A DNA stretch of 64,000 bases from Raillietiella orientalis. Taxonomy: Eukaryota. Location of the stretch: the NCBI GenBank assembly GCA_036172245.1, contig JAYWIR010000090.1, positions 124,001-188,000 on the forward strand, in the 5' to 3' direction. The number at the start of each line of letters is the position of its first letter. The stretch's first letter is position 1. The position numbers were made by a program, and so were the translations under genes. This document shows positions 32,281 through 47,700 of the stretch, one piece after another. The notes beneath the pieces were generated by a model, which was given only the letters and a program-made list of their open reading frames with translations, searched no databases and was not told where the DNA came from.

Positions 32281-35200
32281 GGTAACCAGGTTCGGTCTAT
32301 TAAGAGGAATATATTCCTTTGCTCTCATTCATTATATGGTACAAATTTGCAACTATTGGGGCTTGGTATTCAATTCGAAATAAGGGGATTTCACCATTGC
32401 ACTTTTGCGCCTCTTCAAGATTCATCCATTCAGAGTGAGTGGCAAATTCCCTTCATGAACAGCCTCAAGGCCTTCCAATTTCCCGAATTCAGCGGATGAT
32501 TAAGAATAGTTCGAAATTAGATTAGGGCGTGGCACTTTGGTCTCTGTGTTGTTTTCATGGGAACCAATGTCGTACCTGGAAGAGGAATCCCTTCCTTCGC
32601 TCTAATTCATTATGTGGTAGAAATTTGGAACTTTTGAGGATTTGTAATCAATTCGAAATCAGAGGATTTCACCATTCCAAGTTTGCGCCTCTTCACGAAG
32701 CATCCATTTGCAGTGAGTGGCAAATGCCCGTCATGGAAAGCCTCAAGGCCTTCCAATTTCCTGATATCAGAGGATGAGTAAGAAGAGTTCGAAATTTCAT
32801 TAGGCCGTGGCACTTTGTACTCTGAGTTGTATTCCTGGTAAACAGTGTCGTACCTAGAAGAGGAATCTTTTCCTTCGCTCTAATTTATTATGTGGTACAA
32901 ATTTGCAACTATTCAGGTTGTGTAATCAATTCGAAATCATGGGATTTTACCATTGCAATTTTGCGCCTCTTCACGAAGCATCTATTGCCAGTGAGTGTCA
33001 AATTCCCGTCATGGAGAGGCTCACGGGCTTCCAATTTTCTGATTTCAGACGATGATAAGGAAGAGTTCGAAATTAGATTAGGGCGGGGCACTCTGGTCAT
33101 TGTGTTGTTTTCATGGTAACCAGTGTGGTACCTAGAAGAATAATCTTTTCCTTCGCTCTGATTCATGATGTGGTAGAACTTTGCAACCTTTCAGGCTTGT
33201 TATTCAATTGGAAATCATAGGATTTGGGTATTGCACTTTTACGCCTCTTCGCTAAGCACCCATTTGCAGTGAGTGGAATATTCCCGTCATGAAGAGCTTC
33301 AAGGCCTTCGAATTTCCTGATTTAAGAGGATGATTAAGAAGAGTCCGAAATTTCATCAGGGGGTGGCACTTTGTACTCTGTGTTGTTTCCATGATAACCA
33401 GTGTCGTACCTAGAAGAGGAATCTTTTTCTTCGCTCTGATTCATTACGTGGTAGCAATTTGCAACTTTTCAAGATTTGTATTCAATTCGAAATCAGGGGA
33501 TTTCACCATTGCACTTTTGCGCCTCTTCACGAAGCATCCATTTGCAGTGAGTGTCTAATTGCCACCATGCAGGGCCGCACAGCCTACTAATTTCCTGGTT
33601 TCAGAGCATGATTATGAAGAGTTCGAAATTTCATGAGGCCTTGGAACTTTGTACTCTGTGTTGTTTTCATGGTAACCAGTGTCGTACCTAGAAGAGGAAT
33701 CTGTTTCTTCGCTCTGACTCATTACGTGGAACAAATTTCCAACTTTTCAAGTTTTGTAATCAATTCGAAATTAGGTGATTGCACCATTCCAGGTTTGCGC
33801 CTGTTCGCGAAGCATCTAGTTGCAGTGAGTGGCAAATGCCCGTCTTGGAAAGCCTCAAGTCATTCCAATTTCCTGATTTCAGAGAATGATTATGAAGAGT
33901 TCGAAATTTCATTAGGGCGTGGCACTTTGGATTCTGTGTTGTTTCCATGATAACCAGTGTCGTACCTAGAAGAGGAATATTTTTCTTCGCTCTGATTGAT
34001 GATGTGGTAGAAATTTGCAACCTTTCAGGCTTTGTAATCAATTGGAAATTAGGTTATTTTACTATTGCACTTTAGCGCCTCTTCACTAAGCATCCATTTG
34101 CAGTGAGTGGAAAATGCCCGTTATGGAAAGCCTCAAGGCCTTCCAATTTCCTGATTTCAGAGGATGATTATGAAGAGTTCGAAATTTCATTAGGCCGTGG
34201 CGCTTTGTACTTTGTATTGTTTTCCTAGTAAACAGTGTCGTACCTAGAAGAGGAATCTTTTCCTTCGCTCTAATTCATTATGTGGTACAAATTCGCAAGT
34301 TTTCAGGTTGTGTAATCAATTCGAAATCATGGGATTTAAGCATTGCAATTTTGCGCCTCTTTACGAAGCATCTATTTGCAGTGTGTGGAGAATTCCCGTC
34401 ATGGAGAGGCTCAAGGACTGCCAATTTGCTGATTTCAGAAAATGTTTAAGAAGAGTTAGAATTTTCAGTAGGGCGTGGAACTTTGTACTCTATGTTGTTT
34501 TCATGGTAACCAGTTTCGGTCTAATAAGAGGAATATACTCCATTGCTCTCATTCATTATATGGTACAAATTTGCAACTATTGGGGCTTGGTATTCTATTC
34601 GAAATAAGGGGATTTCAACATTGCAGTTTTGCGCCAATTCACGAAGCATCTATTTGCAGTAAGGGGCAAATTCCCGTTATGGAGACGCTCAAGGCCTTTG
34701 AATTTCCTGATTTCAAATGATGATTATGAAGAGTTCGAAATTTCATTAGGGCGTGGCACTTTGGAGTCTGTGTTGTTTTCATGGTAACCAGTGTCGTACC
34801 TAGAAGAGGAATCTTTTCCACCGCTCTGATTCATATGTCGTAGAAATTTGCAACTTTTCAGGTTTTGTAATCAATTCGAAATCAGGTGATTTCACCATTC
34901 CAGGTTTGCGACTCTTCACGAAGCATCTATTTGCAGTCAGTTGCAAATTCCCGTCAAGGAAAGCCTCGCGACCTTCCAATTTCCTGATTTCAGAAAATGA
35001 TATAGACAAGTTCGAAATTTCATTAGGAAGTGGTACTTTGGATTGTGTTTTGTTTTCATGGTAAACAGTGTCGTACCTAGAAGAGGAACCTTTCCATCGC
35101 TCCGATTCATTATGTCGTAGAAATTTTCAACCTTTAAGTTTTGTAATCAATTCGAAATCAGGTGATTTCACGATTGCAGCTTTGCGCCTGTTCACGAAGC

Positions 35201-35754
35201 ATTTATTTGCAGTAAGTGGCAAATTCCCGTCATGGAGAGGCTCAAGACCTTCCTATTTCTTGAGTTCAGAGAATGATTAAGAAGAGTTCGGAATTTCATT
35301 GTAACGTGGCACTTTGTACTCTGTTTTGTTTTCATGGTATCCAGTGTCGTACCTAGAAGAGGAAACTTTTTCTTCGCTCTGATTCATGATGTGGTAGAAA
35401 TTTGCAGCCTCTCAGGCTTTGTAATCAATTGGAAATCAGGGGATTCTACTATTGCACTTTTGCGCGTCTTCACTAAACTCCCACTTACAGTGAGTGGCAA
35501 ATGGCCGCTATGGAAAACCTCAATGCCTTCCAATTTCCTGATTTCAGCGGATGATCATGAAAGGTTCGAAATTTGATTAAGGCGTGTGACTTTGGATTCT
35601 GTGTTGTTTTCATGGTAACCAGTGTCGTACCTAGAAGAGGAATCTTTTCCTCCGCTCTTATTCATGATGTGTTAGAAATTTGCAACTTTTCAGGTTTTGT
35701 TATCAATTCGAAATCAGGGGATTTCACCATTCCAGGTTTGCGCCTCTTCACGAA

Positions 35755-38700
35755 GCATCTATTTGCAGTCAGTTGAAGATTCCCGTGATGGAGAGGCTCA
35801 AGGCCTTCCAATTTCCCGATTTTAGAGGATGATCATGAAAAGTTCGAAATTTCATTAGGAGGTGGCACTTTGGATTCTGTTTTGTTTTCATGGTAAACAG
35901 TGTCGTACCTAGAAGAGGAACCTTTCCATCGCTCTGATTCATTATGTCGTAGAAATTTGCAACTTTTCAAGTTTTGTAATCAATTCGAAATCAGGTGATT
36001 TCACCATTGCACATTTGCGCTGCTTCACGTGACATCTATTTCCAGTGAGTGGCAAATTACCGTCATGGAGAGCCTCAACGCCTTCCAATTTCCAGATTTC
36101 TGAGAATGGTTTCGAAGATTTGGATATTTCATTAGGCCGCGGCACTTTGTACTCTGTGTTGTTTTCGCGGCAACCAGTGTCGTACCTAGAAGACGAATCT
36201 TTTCCTTCCATCTGATTCATGATGTGGTAGAAAGTTGCAATCTTTCAAGCTTTGCAATCAATTGGAAATCAAAGGATTTTGCTATTGCACTTTTGCGCCT
36301 CTCCACTAAACATACATTTCCAGTGGGTGGCAAGTGCCCTTCATGGAAAGCCTCAAAACCTTTCAATTTCCTGATTGCAGAAAATGATTCAGAAGAGTCC
36401 GAAATTTCATTAGGGCGTGTCACTTTGGATTCTGTTTTTTTTTCATGGTAAACAGTGTCGTACCTAGAAGAGGAACCTTTCCATCGCTCTGATTCATTAT
36501 GTCGTAGAAATTTGCGACTTTTCAAGTTTTGTAATCAATTCGAAATCAGGTGATTTCACCATTGCAGTTTTGCGCCTGTTCACGAAGCATTTATTTGCAG
36601 TAAGTGGCAAATTCCCGTCATGGAGAGGCTAAAGACCTTCCTATTTTTTGATTTCAGATAATGATTAGGAAGAGTTCGAAACTTCATTAGGCCGTGGCAC
36701 TTTGTACTCTGTGTTGTTTTCATGGTAACCAATGTCGTACCTTGAAGAGGAATCTTTTTCTTCGCTCTGATTCATGATGTGATAGAAATTTGCAACCTTT
36801 CAGGCTTTGTAATCAACTCGAAATCAGGGCATTTAAACATTGCACTTTTGCGCTGCTTCACGTGACATCTGTTTGCAGTGAGTGGCAAATTCCCGTCATG
36901 GAGAGCCTCAACGCCTTCCAATTTCCTGATTTCAGAGAATGATTATGAAGATTTGGAAATTTAATTAGGCCGCGGCACTTTGTACTCTGTGGTCTTTTCG
37001 CGGCAACCAGTGTCGTACCTAGAAGGGGAATCCTTTCCGTTGCTCTGATTCATTATGTGGTAGAAATTTGCAACTTTTCTAGTTTTGTAATCAATTCGAA
37101 ATCAGGAGATTTAAGCATCGCTCTTTTGCGCTTCTTCACGAAGCATCTATTTGCAGTAAGTGACAAATTTCCGTCATGGAGAGGCTCAAGACCTTCCTTT
37201 TTCTTGATTTCAGAGGATGATTAAGAAAGGTCCGAAATTTAATTACGGAGTGGCAGTTTGGAATCTGTATTGCTTTCATGGTAACCAGTGTCGTGCCTAG
37301 AAGAGGAATGTTTTCCTTCGCTGTGATACATGATGTGGTAGAAATTTGCAACCTTTCAGGCTTTGTAATCAATTGGAAATCTGGGGATTCTACCATTGCA
37401 CTTTTGCACCTCTTCACTAAACATCCACTTACAGTGAGTGCCAAATGGCCGTTATGGAAAGCCTCAATGCCTTCCAATTTCCAGATTTCAGAGGATGATC
37501 ATGAAAAGTTCGAAATTTCATTAAAAAGTGACACTTTGGATTCAGTTTTGTTTTCATGGTAAACAGTGTCGTACCTAGAAGAGGAACCTTTCCATCGCTC
37601 TGATTCATTATGCCGTAGAAATTTGCAACTTTTCAAGTTTTGTAATCAATTCGAAATCAGGAGATTTAAGCATTGCACTTTTGCGCTTCTTCACGACGCA
37701 CCTATTTGCAGTAAGTGGCAAATTCCCGTCATAGAATGCCTCAAGCCCTTCCAATTTCCTGATTTCAGAGGAGGATCATGAAGAGTTCGAAATTTGATTG
37801 GGTCGTGTCACTTTGGATTCTGTGTTGTTTTCATGGTAACCAGTGTCGTACCTTGAAGAGGAATCTTTTGCTCCGCTCTGATTCATGATGTCGTAGTAAT
37901 TTGCAACTTTTCAGGTTTTGTAATCAATTCGAAATCAGGAGATTTCACCATTCCAGGTTTGCTCCTCTTCACGAAGCATCTGTTTGAAGTGAGTGGCAAA
38001 TTCACGTCATGGATAGGCTCAATGCCTTCCAATTGCCTGATTTCAGAGGATGATTAAGAAGAGTTCGAAATTTCATTAGGAAGTGGCACTTTGGACTCTG
38101 TGGTGTTTTCATGGTAACCAGTGTCGTACCTAGAAGAGGAATCTTTTCCTTTGCTCTGATTCATTATGTAGTAGAAATTTGCAACTTTTCAAGTTTTGTA
38201 ATCAATTCGAAATCAGGGGATTAAAGGATTGCCATTTTGCGCTTCTTCACGAAGCATCTATTTGCAGTGATTGGCAAATTTCCGTCATGGAGAGGCTGAA
38301 GACCTTCCTATTTCTTGATTTTAGAGGATGATTAAGAAGAGTTCGAAATTACATTAGGCCGTGGCACTTTGTACTCTGCGTTGTTTTCATGGTAACCAGT
38401 GTCGTATATACAAGAGGAATCTTTTTCTTCGCTCTAATTCATGATGTTGTAGAAAGTTGCAGCCTTTCAAGCTTTGTAATGAATTCGAAATCAGGGGATT
38501 TAAACATTGAACTTTTGCTCTGCTTCACGTGACATCTATTTGCAGTGAGTGGCAAATTCTCGTCATGGAGAGCCTCAACGCCTTCCAATTTCGTGATTTC
38601 AGACAATGATTATGAAGATTTGGAAATTTCATTAGGCCGCGGCACTTTGTACTCTGTGTTGTTTTCGCGGCAACCAGTGTCGTACCTTGAAGACGAATCT

Positions 38701-41700
38701 TTTCATTCCATCTGATTCATGATGTTCTAGAAATTTGCAACCTTTCAAGCTTTGTAATCAATTGTTAATCAAAGTATTTTACTATTGCACTTTTGCGCCT
38801 CTTCACTAAACATCCACTTACAGTCAGTGGCAAATGGCCGTCATGGAAAGCCTCAAGGCCTTTCAATTTCCTGATTTCAGAGGATGATCATGAAGGGTTC
38901 GAAATTTCATTAGGGCGTGTCACTTTGGATTCTGTGTTGTTTTCATGGTAAACAGTGTCGTATTTAGAAGGGGAACCTTTCCATCACTCTGATTCATTAT
39001 GTCGTAGAAATTTGCAACTTTTCAGGTTTTGTAATCAATTCGAAATCAGGGGATTTCACCATTCCAGGTTTGCGCCTCTTCACGAAGCATCTATTTGCAG
39101 TCAGTTGAAAATTCCCGCAATGGAGAGGCTCAAGGCCTTCCAATTTCCAGATTTCAGAGGATGATCATGAAAAGTTCGAAATTTGATTGGGGCGTGTCAC
39201 TTTGGATTCTGTGTTGTTTTCATGGTAACCAGTGTCGTACCTAGAAGAGGAATCTTTTCCTCTGCTCTGATTCATGATGTCGTAGAAATTTGCAACTTTT
39301 CAGGTTTTGTAATCAATTCGAAATCAGGTGATTTCACGATTGCAGTTTTGCGCCTGTTCACGAAGCATTTATTTTCAGTAAGTGGCAAATTCCCGTCATG
39401 GAGAGGCTCAAGACCTTCCTATTTCTTGAGTTCAGAGGATGATTAAGAAGAGTTCGGAATTTCATTAGAACGTGGCACTTTGTTCTCTGTTTTGTTTTCA
39501 TGGTATCCAGTGTAGTACCTAGAAGACGAATCTTTTCCTTTATCTGATTCATGATGTGGTAGAAATTTGCAACCTTTCAAGCTTTGTAATCAATTGGAAA
39601 TGAAAGGATTTTGCTATTGCACTTTTGCGCCTCTTCACTATACATCCATTTCCAATGAGTGGCAAATGCCCCTCATGGAAAGCCTCAATACCTTCCAGTT
39701 TCCTGATTTCAGAAAATGATTAAGAAAGGTCCGAAATTTAATTACGGAGTGGCAGTTTGGAAACTGTATTGCTTTCATGGTAAGCAGTGTCGTGGCTAGA
39801 AGAGGAATGTTTTCCTTCGATGTGATTCATGAGGTGGTAGAAATTTGGAACCTTTCAGGCTCTGTAATCAATTGGAAATCAGGGGATTCTACTATTGCAC
39901 TTTTGCGCCTCTTCACTAAACTCCCACTTACAGTGAGTGGCATATGGCCGCTATGGAAAGCCTCAATGCCTTCCAATTTCCTAATTTCGGAGGATGATCA
40001 TGAAGGGTTCGAAATTTCATTAGGGCGTGTCACTTTGGATTCTGTTTTGTTTTCATGGTAAACAGTGTCGTATTTAGAAGGGGAACCTTTCCATCACTCT
40101 GATTCATTATGTCGAAGAAATTTGCAACTTTTCAGGTTTTGTAATCAATTCGAAATCAGGGGATTTCACCATTCCAGGTTTGCGCCTCTTCACGAAGCAT
40201 CTATTTGCAGTCAGTTGAAAATTCCCGCAATGGAGAGGCTCAAGGCCTTCCAATTTCCAGATTTCAGAGGATGATCATGAAAAGTTCGAAATTTCATTAG
40301 GAAGTGGCACTTCGGATTCTGTTTTGTTTTCATGGTAAACAGTGTCGTACCTAGAAGAGGAACCTTTCCATCGCTCTGATTCATTTTGTCGTAGAAATTT
40401 GCAACTTTTCAAGTTTTGTAATCAATTCGAAATCAGGTGATTTCACCATTGCCGTTTTGCGCCTGTTCACGAAGCATTTATTTGCAGTAAGTGGAAAATT
40501 CCCGTCATGGAGAGCCTCAACGCCTTCCAATTTCCTGATTTCAGAGAATGATTATGAAGATTTGGAAATTTCATTAGGCCGCGCCACTTTGTACTCTGTG
40601 TTGTTTTCGCGGCAAGCAGTGTCGTACCTAGAAGACGAATCTTTTCCTTCCATCTGATTCATGTTTTGGTAGAAATTTGCAACCTTTCAAGCTTTGTAAT
40701 CAATTGGAAATCAAAGGATTTTGCTATTGCACTTTTGCGCCTCTTCACTAAACATCCATTTCCAGTGAGTGGCAAATGCCCCACATGGATAGCCTCAATT
40801 CCTTCCAATTTCCTGATTTCAGAAAATGATGAAGAAAGGTTTGAAATTTAATTACGCAGTGGCAGTTTGGAATCTGTATTGCTTTCATGGTAACCAGTGT
40901 CGTGCCTAGAAGAGGAATGTTTTCCTTCGCTGTGATTCATGATGTGGTAGAAATTTGAAACCTTTCAGTCTTTGTAATCAATTGGAAATCAGGGGATTCT
41001 ACTATTGCTCTTTTGCGCCTCTTCACTAAACATCCACTTACAGTGAGTGGCAAATGGCCGTTATGGAAAGCCTCAATGCCTTCCAATTTCCTGATTTCAG
41101 AGGATGATCATGAAGAGTTCGAAATTTCATTAGGGCGTGTCACTTTGGATTCTGTGTTGTTTTAATGATAACCAGTGTCGTACCTAGAAGAGGAATCTTT
41201 TCTTCCGCTCTTATTCATGATGTGGTAGAAATTTGCAACTTTTCAGGTATTCTAATCAATTCGAAATCAGAAGATTTCACCATTCCAGGTTTGCTCCTCT
41301 TCACGAAGCATCTGTTTGCAGTGAGTGGCAAATTCGCGTCATGGAGAGGCTCAAGGCCTTCCAATTTCCTGATTTCAGAGGATGATTACGAAAAGTCCGA
41401 AATTTCATTAGGCCGTGGCACTTTGTACTCTGGGTTGTTTTCATGGTAACCAGTGTCGTGCCTAGAAGAGGAATCTTTTTGTTCGCTCTGTTTCATGATG
41501 TGGTAGAAATTTGCAACTTTTTAAGTTTTGTAATCAATTCGAAAACAGGGGATTTAAGCATTGCACTTTTGCGCTTCTTCACGAAGCATCTATTTGTAGT
41601 TAGTGGCAAATTCCCGTCATGGAAAGGCTAAAGACCTTCCAATTTGTTGATTTCAGAGGATGATTAAGAAGTGTTCGAAATTTCATTAGGCCGTGGCACT

Positions 41701-44700
41701 TTGTACTCTGTGTTGTTTTCATTGTAACCAGTGTCGTACCTAGAAGAGGAATCTTGTCCTTCCCTGTGATTCATTATGTGGTAGAAATTTGCAACTTTTA
41801 GAGTTTTGTAATCAATTCGAATTCAGGTGATTTCACCATTGCAGTTTTGCGCCTCTTCACGAAGCATTTATTTGCAGTAAGGGGCAAATTCCCGTCATGG
41901 AGAGGCTAAAGACCTTCCTATTTCTTAATTTCAGAGGATGATTACGAAGAGTTGGAAATTAGATTTAGGCGTGGGACTTTGTACTCTGTTTTGTTTTCAT
42001 GGTAGCCAGTGTCGTACATAGATGTGGAATCTTTTCCTTTCCTCTGATTCATGATGTGGTAGAAATTTGCATCCTTTCAGGCTTTGTAATCAATTCGAAT
42101 TCAGGGGATTTAAACATTGCGCTTTTGCGCTGCTTCACGTGACATCTATTTGCAGAGAGTGGAAAATTCCCGTCATGGAGAGGCTCAAGGCTTTCCAATT
42201 TCCTGAATTCAGAGGATGATTAAGAAGAGTTGGAAATTAGATTAGGGCGTGGCACTTTGGTCTCTCTGTTGTTTTCATGGCAACCAGTGTCATACCTAGA
42301 AGGGGAATCCTTTCCGTTGCTCTGATTCATTATGTGGTAGAAATTTGCAACTTTTCAAGTTGTGTAATCAATTCGAAATCAGGAGATTTAAGCATTGCAC
42401 TTTTGCGCTTCTTCACGAAGCGTCTATTTGCAGTAAGTGGCAAATTCCCGTCATGGAGAGGCTCAAGACCTTCGTATTTCTTGATTTCAGAGGATGATAA
42501 AGAAGAGTTCGAAATTTCATTAGACCGTGGGACTTTGTACTCTGTTTTGTTTTCATGGTAACCAGTGTCGTACCTAGGAGAGGAAACCTTTTCTTTGCTC
42601 TGATTCATGATGTGGTAGAAATTTGCAGCCATTCAGGCTTTGTAATCAATTCGAAATCAGGTGATGTCACTATTGAAGTTTTACGCCTCTTGACGAAGCA
42701 TTTATTTGCAGTAAGTGGCAAATTCCCGTCATGGAGAGGCTAAAGACCTTCCTATTTCTAAATTTCAGAGGATGATTACGAAGAGTTGGAAATTAGATTA
42801 AGGCGTGGGACTTTGTACTCTGTTTTGTTTTCATGGTAGCCAGTGTCGTACATAGAAGTGGAATCTTTTCCTTTCCTCTGATTCATGATGTGCTAGAAAT
42901 TTGCATGCTTTCAGGCTTTGTAATCAATTCGAATTCAGGGGATTTAAACATTGCGCTTTTGCGCAGCTTCACGTGACATCTATTTGCATAGAGTGGCAAA
43001 TTCCCGCCATGCAGTGCCTCAACGCCTTCCAATTTCCTGATTGCTGAGAATGATTTCGAAGATTTGGAAATTCATTAGGGCGTGGTACTTTGGATTCTGT
43101 GTTGTTTTCATGGTAACCAGTGTCGTACCTAGAGGAGGAATCTTGCCCTTCCCTCTGATGCATTATGTGGTAGAAATTTGCAACTTTTCAAGTTTTGTAA
43201 TCAATTCGAAATCAGGTGATTTCACCACTGCTGTTTTGCGCCTGTTCACGAAGCATCTATTTGCAGTCAGTTGAAAATTCCCGTGATGGGGAGGCTCAAG
43301 GCCTTCCAATTTCCCGATTTTAGAGGATGATCATGAAAAGTTCGAAATTTCATTAGGAGGTGGCACTTTGGATTCTGTTTTGTTTTCATGGAAAACAGTG
43401 TCGTACCTAGAAGAGGAACCTTTCCATCGCTCTGATTCATTATGTCGTAGAAATTTGCAACTTTTCAAGTTTTGTAATCAATTCGAAATCAGGTGATTTC
43501 ACCATTGCACATTTGCGCTGCTTCACGTGACATCTATTTCCAGTGAGTGGCAAATTCCCGTCATGGAGAGCCTCAACGCCTTCCAATTTCCTGATTTCTG
43601 AGAATGATTTCGAAGATTTGGAAATTTCATTAGGCCGCGGCACTTTGTACTCTGTGTTGTTTTCGCGGCAACCAGTGTCATACCTAGAAGGGGAATCCTT
43701 TCCGTTGCTCTGATTCATGATGTGGTAGAAAGTTGCAATCTTTCAAGCTTTGCAATCAATTGGAAATCAAAGGATTTTGCTATTGCACTTTTGCGCCTCT
43801 TCACTAAACATACATTTCCAGTGGGTGGCAAGTGCCCTTCATGGAAAGCCTCAAAACCTTCCAATTTCCTGATTGCAGAAAATGATTCAGAAGAGTCCGA
43901 AATTTCATTAGGGCGTGTCACTTTGGATTCTGTTTTTTTTTCATGGTAAACAGTGTCGTATTTAGAAGAGGAACCTTTCCATCGCTCTGATTCATTATGT
44001 CGTAGAAATTTGCAACTATTCAAGTTTTGTAATCAATTCGAAATCAGGTGATTTCACCATTGCAGTTTTGCGCCTGTTCACGAAGCATTTATTTGCAGTA
44101 AGTGGCAAATTCCCGTCATGGAGAGGCTAAAGACCTTCCTATTTTTTGATTTCAGATAATGATTAGGAAGAGTTCGAAACTTCATTAGGCCGTGGCACTT
44201 TGTACTCTGTGTTGTATTCATGGTAACCAATGTCGTACCTTGAAGAGGAATCTTTTTCTTCGCTCTGATTCATGATGTGATAGAAATTTGCAACCTTTCA
44301 GGCTTTGTAATCAACTCGAAATCAGGGCATTTAAACATTGCACTTTTGCGCTGCTTCACGTGGCATCTGTTTGCAGTGAGTGGCAAATTCCCGTCATGGA
44401 GAGCCTCAACGCCTTCCAATTTCCTGATTTCAGAGAATGATTATGAAGATTTGGAAATTTAATTAGGCCGCGGCACTTTGTACTCTGTGGTCTTTTCGCG
44501 GCAACCAGTGTCGTACCTAGAAGGGGAATCCTTTCCGTTGCTCTGATTCATTATGTGGTAGAAATTTGCAACTTTTCTAGTTTTGTAATCAATTCGAAAT
44601 CAGGAGATTTAAGCATCGCTCTTTTGCGCTTCTTCACGAAGCATCTATTTGCAGTAAGTGACAAATTCCCGTCATGGAGAGGCTCAAGACCTTCCTTTTT

Positions 44701-47700
44701 CTTGATTTCAGAGGATGATTAAGAAAGGTCCGAAATTTAATTACGGAGTGGCAGTTTGGAATCTGTATTGCTTTCATGGTAACCAGTGTCGTGCCTAGAA
44801 GAGGAATGTTTTCCTTCGCTGTAATACATGATGTGGTAGAAATTTGCAACCTTTCAGGCTTTGTAATCAATTGGAAATCTGGGGATTCTACCATTGCACT
44901 TTTGCACCTCTTCACTAAACATCCACTTACAGTGAGTGCCAAATGGCCGTTATGGAAATCCTCAATGCCTTCCAATTTCCAGATTTCAGAGGATGATCAT
45001 GAAAAGTTCGAAATTTCATTAAAAAGTGACACTTTGGATTCAGTTTTGTTTTCATGGTAAACAGTGTCGTACCTAGAAGAGGAACCTTTCCATCGCTCCG
45101 ATTCATTATGCCGTAGAAATTTGCAACTTTTCAAGTTTTGTAATCAACTCGAAATCAGGAGATTTAAGCATTGCACTTTTGCGCTTCTTCACGACGCACC
45201 TATTTGCAGTAAGTGGGAAATTCCCGTCATGGAATGCCTCAAGGCCTTCCAATTTCCTGATTTCAGAGGATGATCATGAAGAGTTCGAAATTTGATTGGG
45301 TCGTGTCACTTTGGATTCTGTGTTGTTTTCATGGTAACCAGTGTCGTACCTTGAAGAGGAATCTTTTGCTCCGCTCTGATTCATGATGTCGTTGTAATTT
45401 GCAACTTTTCAGGTTTTGTAATCAATTCGAAATCAGGAGATTTCACCATTCCAGGTTTGCTCCTTTTCACGAAGCATCTGTTTGAAGTGAGTGGCAAATT
45501 CACGTCATGGATAGGCTCAATGGCTTCCAAATGCCTGATTTCAGAGGATGATTAAGAAGAGTTCGAAATTTCATTAGGAAGTGGCACTTTGGACTCTGTG
45601 GTGTTTTCATGGTAACCAGTGTCGTACCTAGAAGAGGAATCTTTTCCTTTGCTCTGATTCATTATGTAGTAGAAAGTTGCAACTTTTCAAGTTTTGTAAT
45701 CAATTCGAAATCAGGGGATTAAAGGATTGCCATTTTGCGCTTCTTCACGAAGCATCTATTTGCAGTGATTGGCAAATTCCCGTCATGGAGAGGCTGAAGA
45801 TGTTCCTATTTCTTGATTTTAGAGGATGATTAAGAAGAGTTCGAAATTTCATTAGGCCGTGGCACTTTGTACTCAGCGTTGTTTTCATGGTAACCAGTGT
45901 CGTATATACAAGAGGAATATTTTTCTTCGCTCTAATTCATGATGTTGTAGAAAGTTGCAGCCTTTCAAGCTTTGTAATGAATTCGAAATCAGGGGATTTA
46001 AACATTGAACTTTTGCGCTGCTTCACGTGACATCTATTTGCAGTGAGTGGCAAATTCTCGTCATGGAGAGCCTCAACGCCTTCCAATTTCGTGATTTCAG
46101 AGAATGATTATGAAGATTTGGAAATTTCATTAGGCCGCGGCACTTTGTACTCTGTGTTGTTTTCGCGGCAACCAGTGTCGTACCTAGAAGACGAATCTTT
46201 TCATTCCATCTGATTCATGATGTTCTAGAAATTTGCAACCTTTCAAGCTTTGTAATCAATTGTTAATCAAAGTATTTTACTATTGCACTTTTGCGCCTCT
46301 TCACTAAACATCCACTTACAGTCAGTGGCAAATGGCCGTCATGGAAAGCCTCAAGGCCTTTCAATTTCCTGATTTCAGAGGATGATCATGAAAAGTTCGA
46401 AATTTCATTAGGAAGTGGCACTTTGGATTCTGTTTTGTTTTCATGGTAAACAGTGTCGTACCTAGAAGAGGAACCTTTCCATCGTTCTGATTCATTATGT
46501 CGTAGAAATTTGCAACTTTTCAAGTTTTGTAATCAATTCGAAATCAGGTGATTTCACCATTGCCGTTTTGCGCCTGTTCACGAAGCATTTATTTGCAGTA
46601 AGTGGAAAATTCCCGTCATGGAGAGCCTCAACGCCTTCCAATTTCCTGATTTCAGAGAATGATTATGAAGATTTGGAAATTTCATTAGGCCGCGCCACTT
46701 TGTACTCTGTGTTGTTTTCGCGGCAAGCAGTGTCGTACCTAGAAGACGAATCTTTTCCTTCCATCTGATTCATGTTTTGGTAGAAATTTGCAACCTTTCA
46801 AGCTTTGTAATCAATTGGAAATCAAAGGATTTTGCTATTGCACTTTTGCGCCTCTTCACTAAACATCCATTTCCAGTGAGTGGCAAATGCCCCACATGGA
46901 TAGCCTCAATTCCTTCCAATTTCCTGATTTCAGAAAATGATGAAGAAAGGTTTGAAATTTAATTACGCAGTGGCAGTTTGGAATCTGTATTGCTTTCATG
47001 GTAACCAGTGTCGTGCCTAGAAGAGGAATGTTTTCCTTCGCTGTGATTCATGATGTGGTAGAAATTTGAAACCTTTCAGTCTTTGTAATCAATTGGAAAT
47101 CAGGGGATTCTACTATTGCTCTTTTGCGCCTCTTCACTAAACATCCACTTACAGTGAGTGGCAAATGGCCGTTATGGAAAGCCTCAATGCCTTCCAATTT
47201 CCTGATTTCAGAGGATGATCATGAAGAGTTCGAAATTTCATTAGGGCGTGTCACTTTGGATTCTGTGTTGTTTTAATAATAACCAGTGTCGTACCTAGAA
47301 GAGGAATCTTTTGTTCCGCTCTTATTCATGATGTGGTAGAAATTTGCAACTTTTCAGGTATTCTAATCAATTCGAAATCAGAAGATTTCACCATTCCAGG
47401 TTTGCTCCTCTTCACGAAGCATCTGTTTGCAGTGAGTGGCAAATTCGCGTCATGGAGAGGCTCAAGGCCTTCCAATTTCCTGATTTCAGAGGATGATTAC
47501 GAAAAGTCCGAAATTTCATTAGGCAGTGGCACTTTGTACTCTGTGTTGTTTTCATGGTAACCAGTGTCGTGCCTAGAAGAGGAATCTTTTTGTTCGCTCT
47601 GATTCATGATGTGGTAGAAATTTGCAACTTTTTAAGTTTTGTAATCAATTCGAAAACAGGGGATTTCAGCATTGCACTTTTGCGCTTCTTCACGAAGCAT

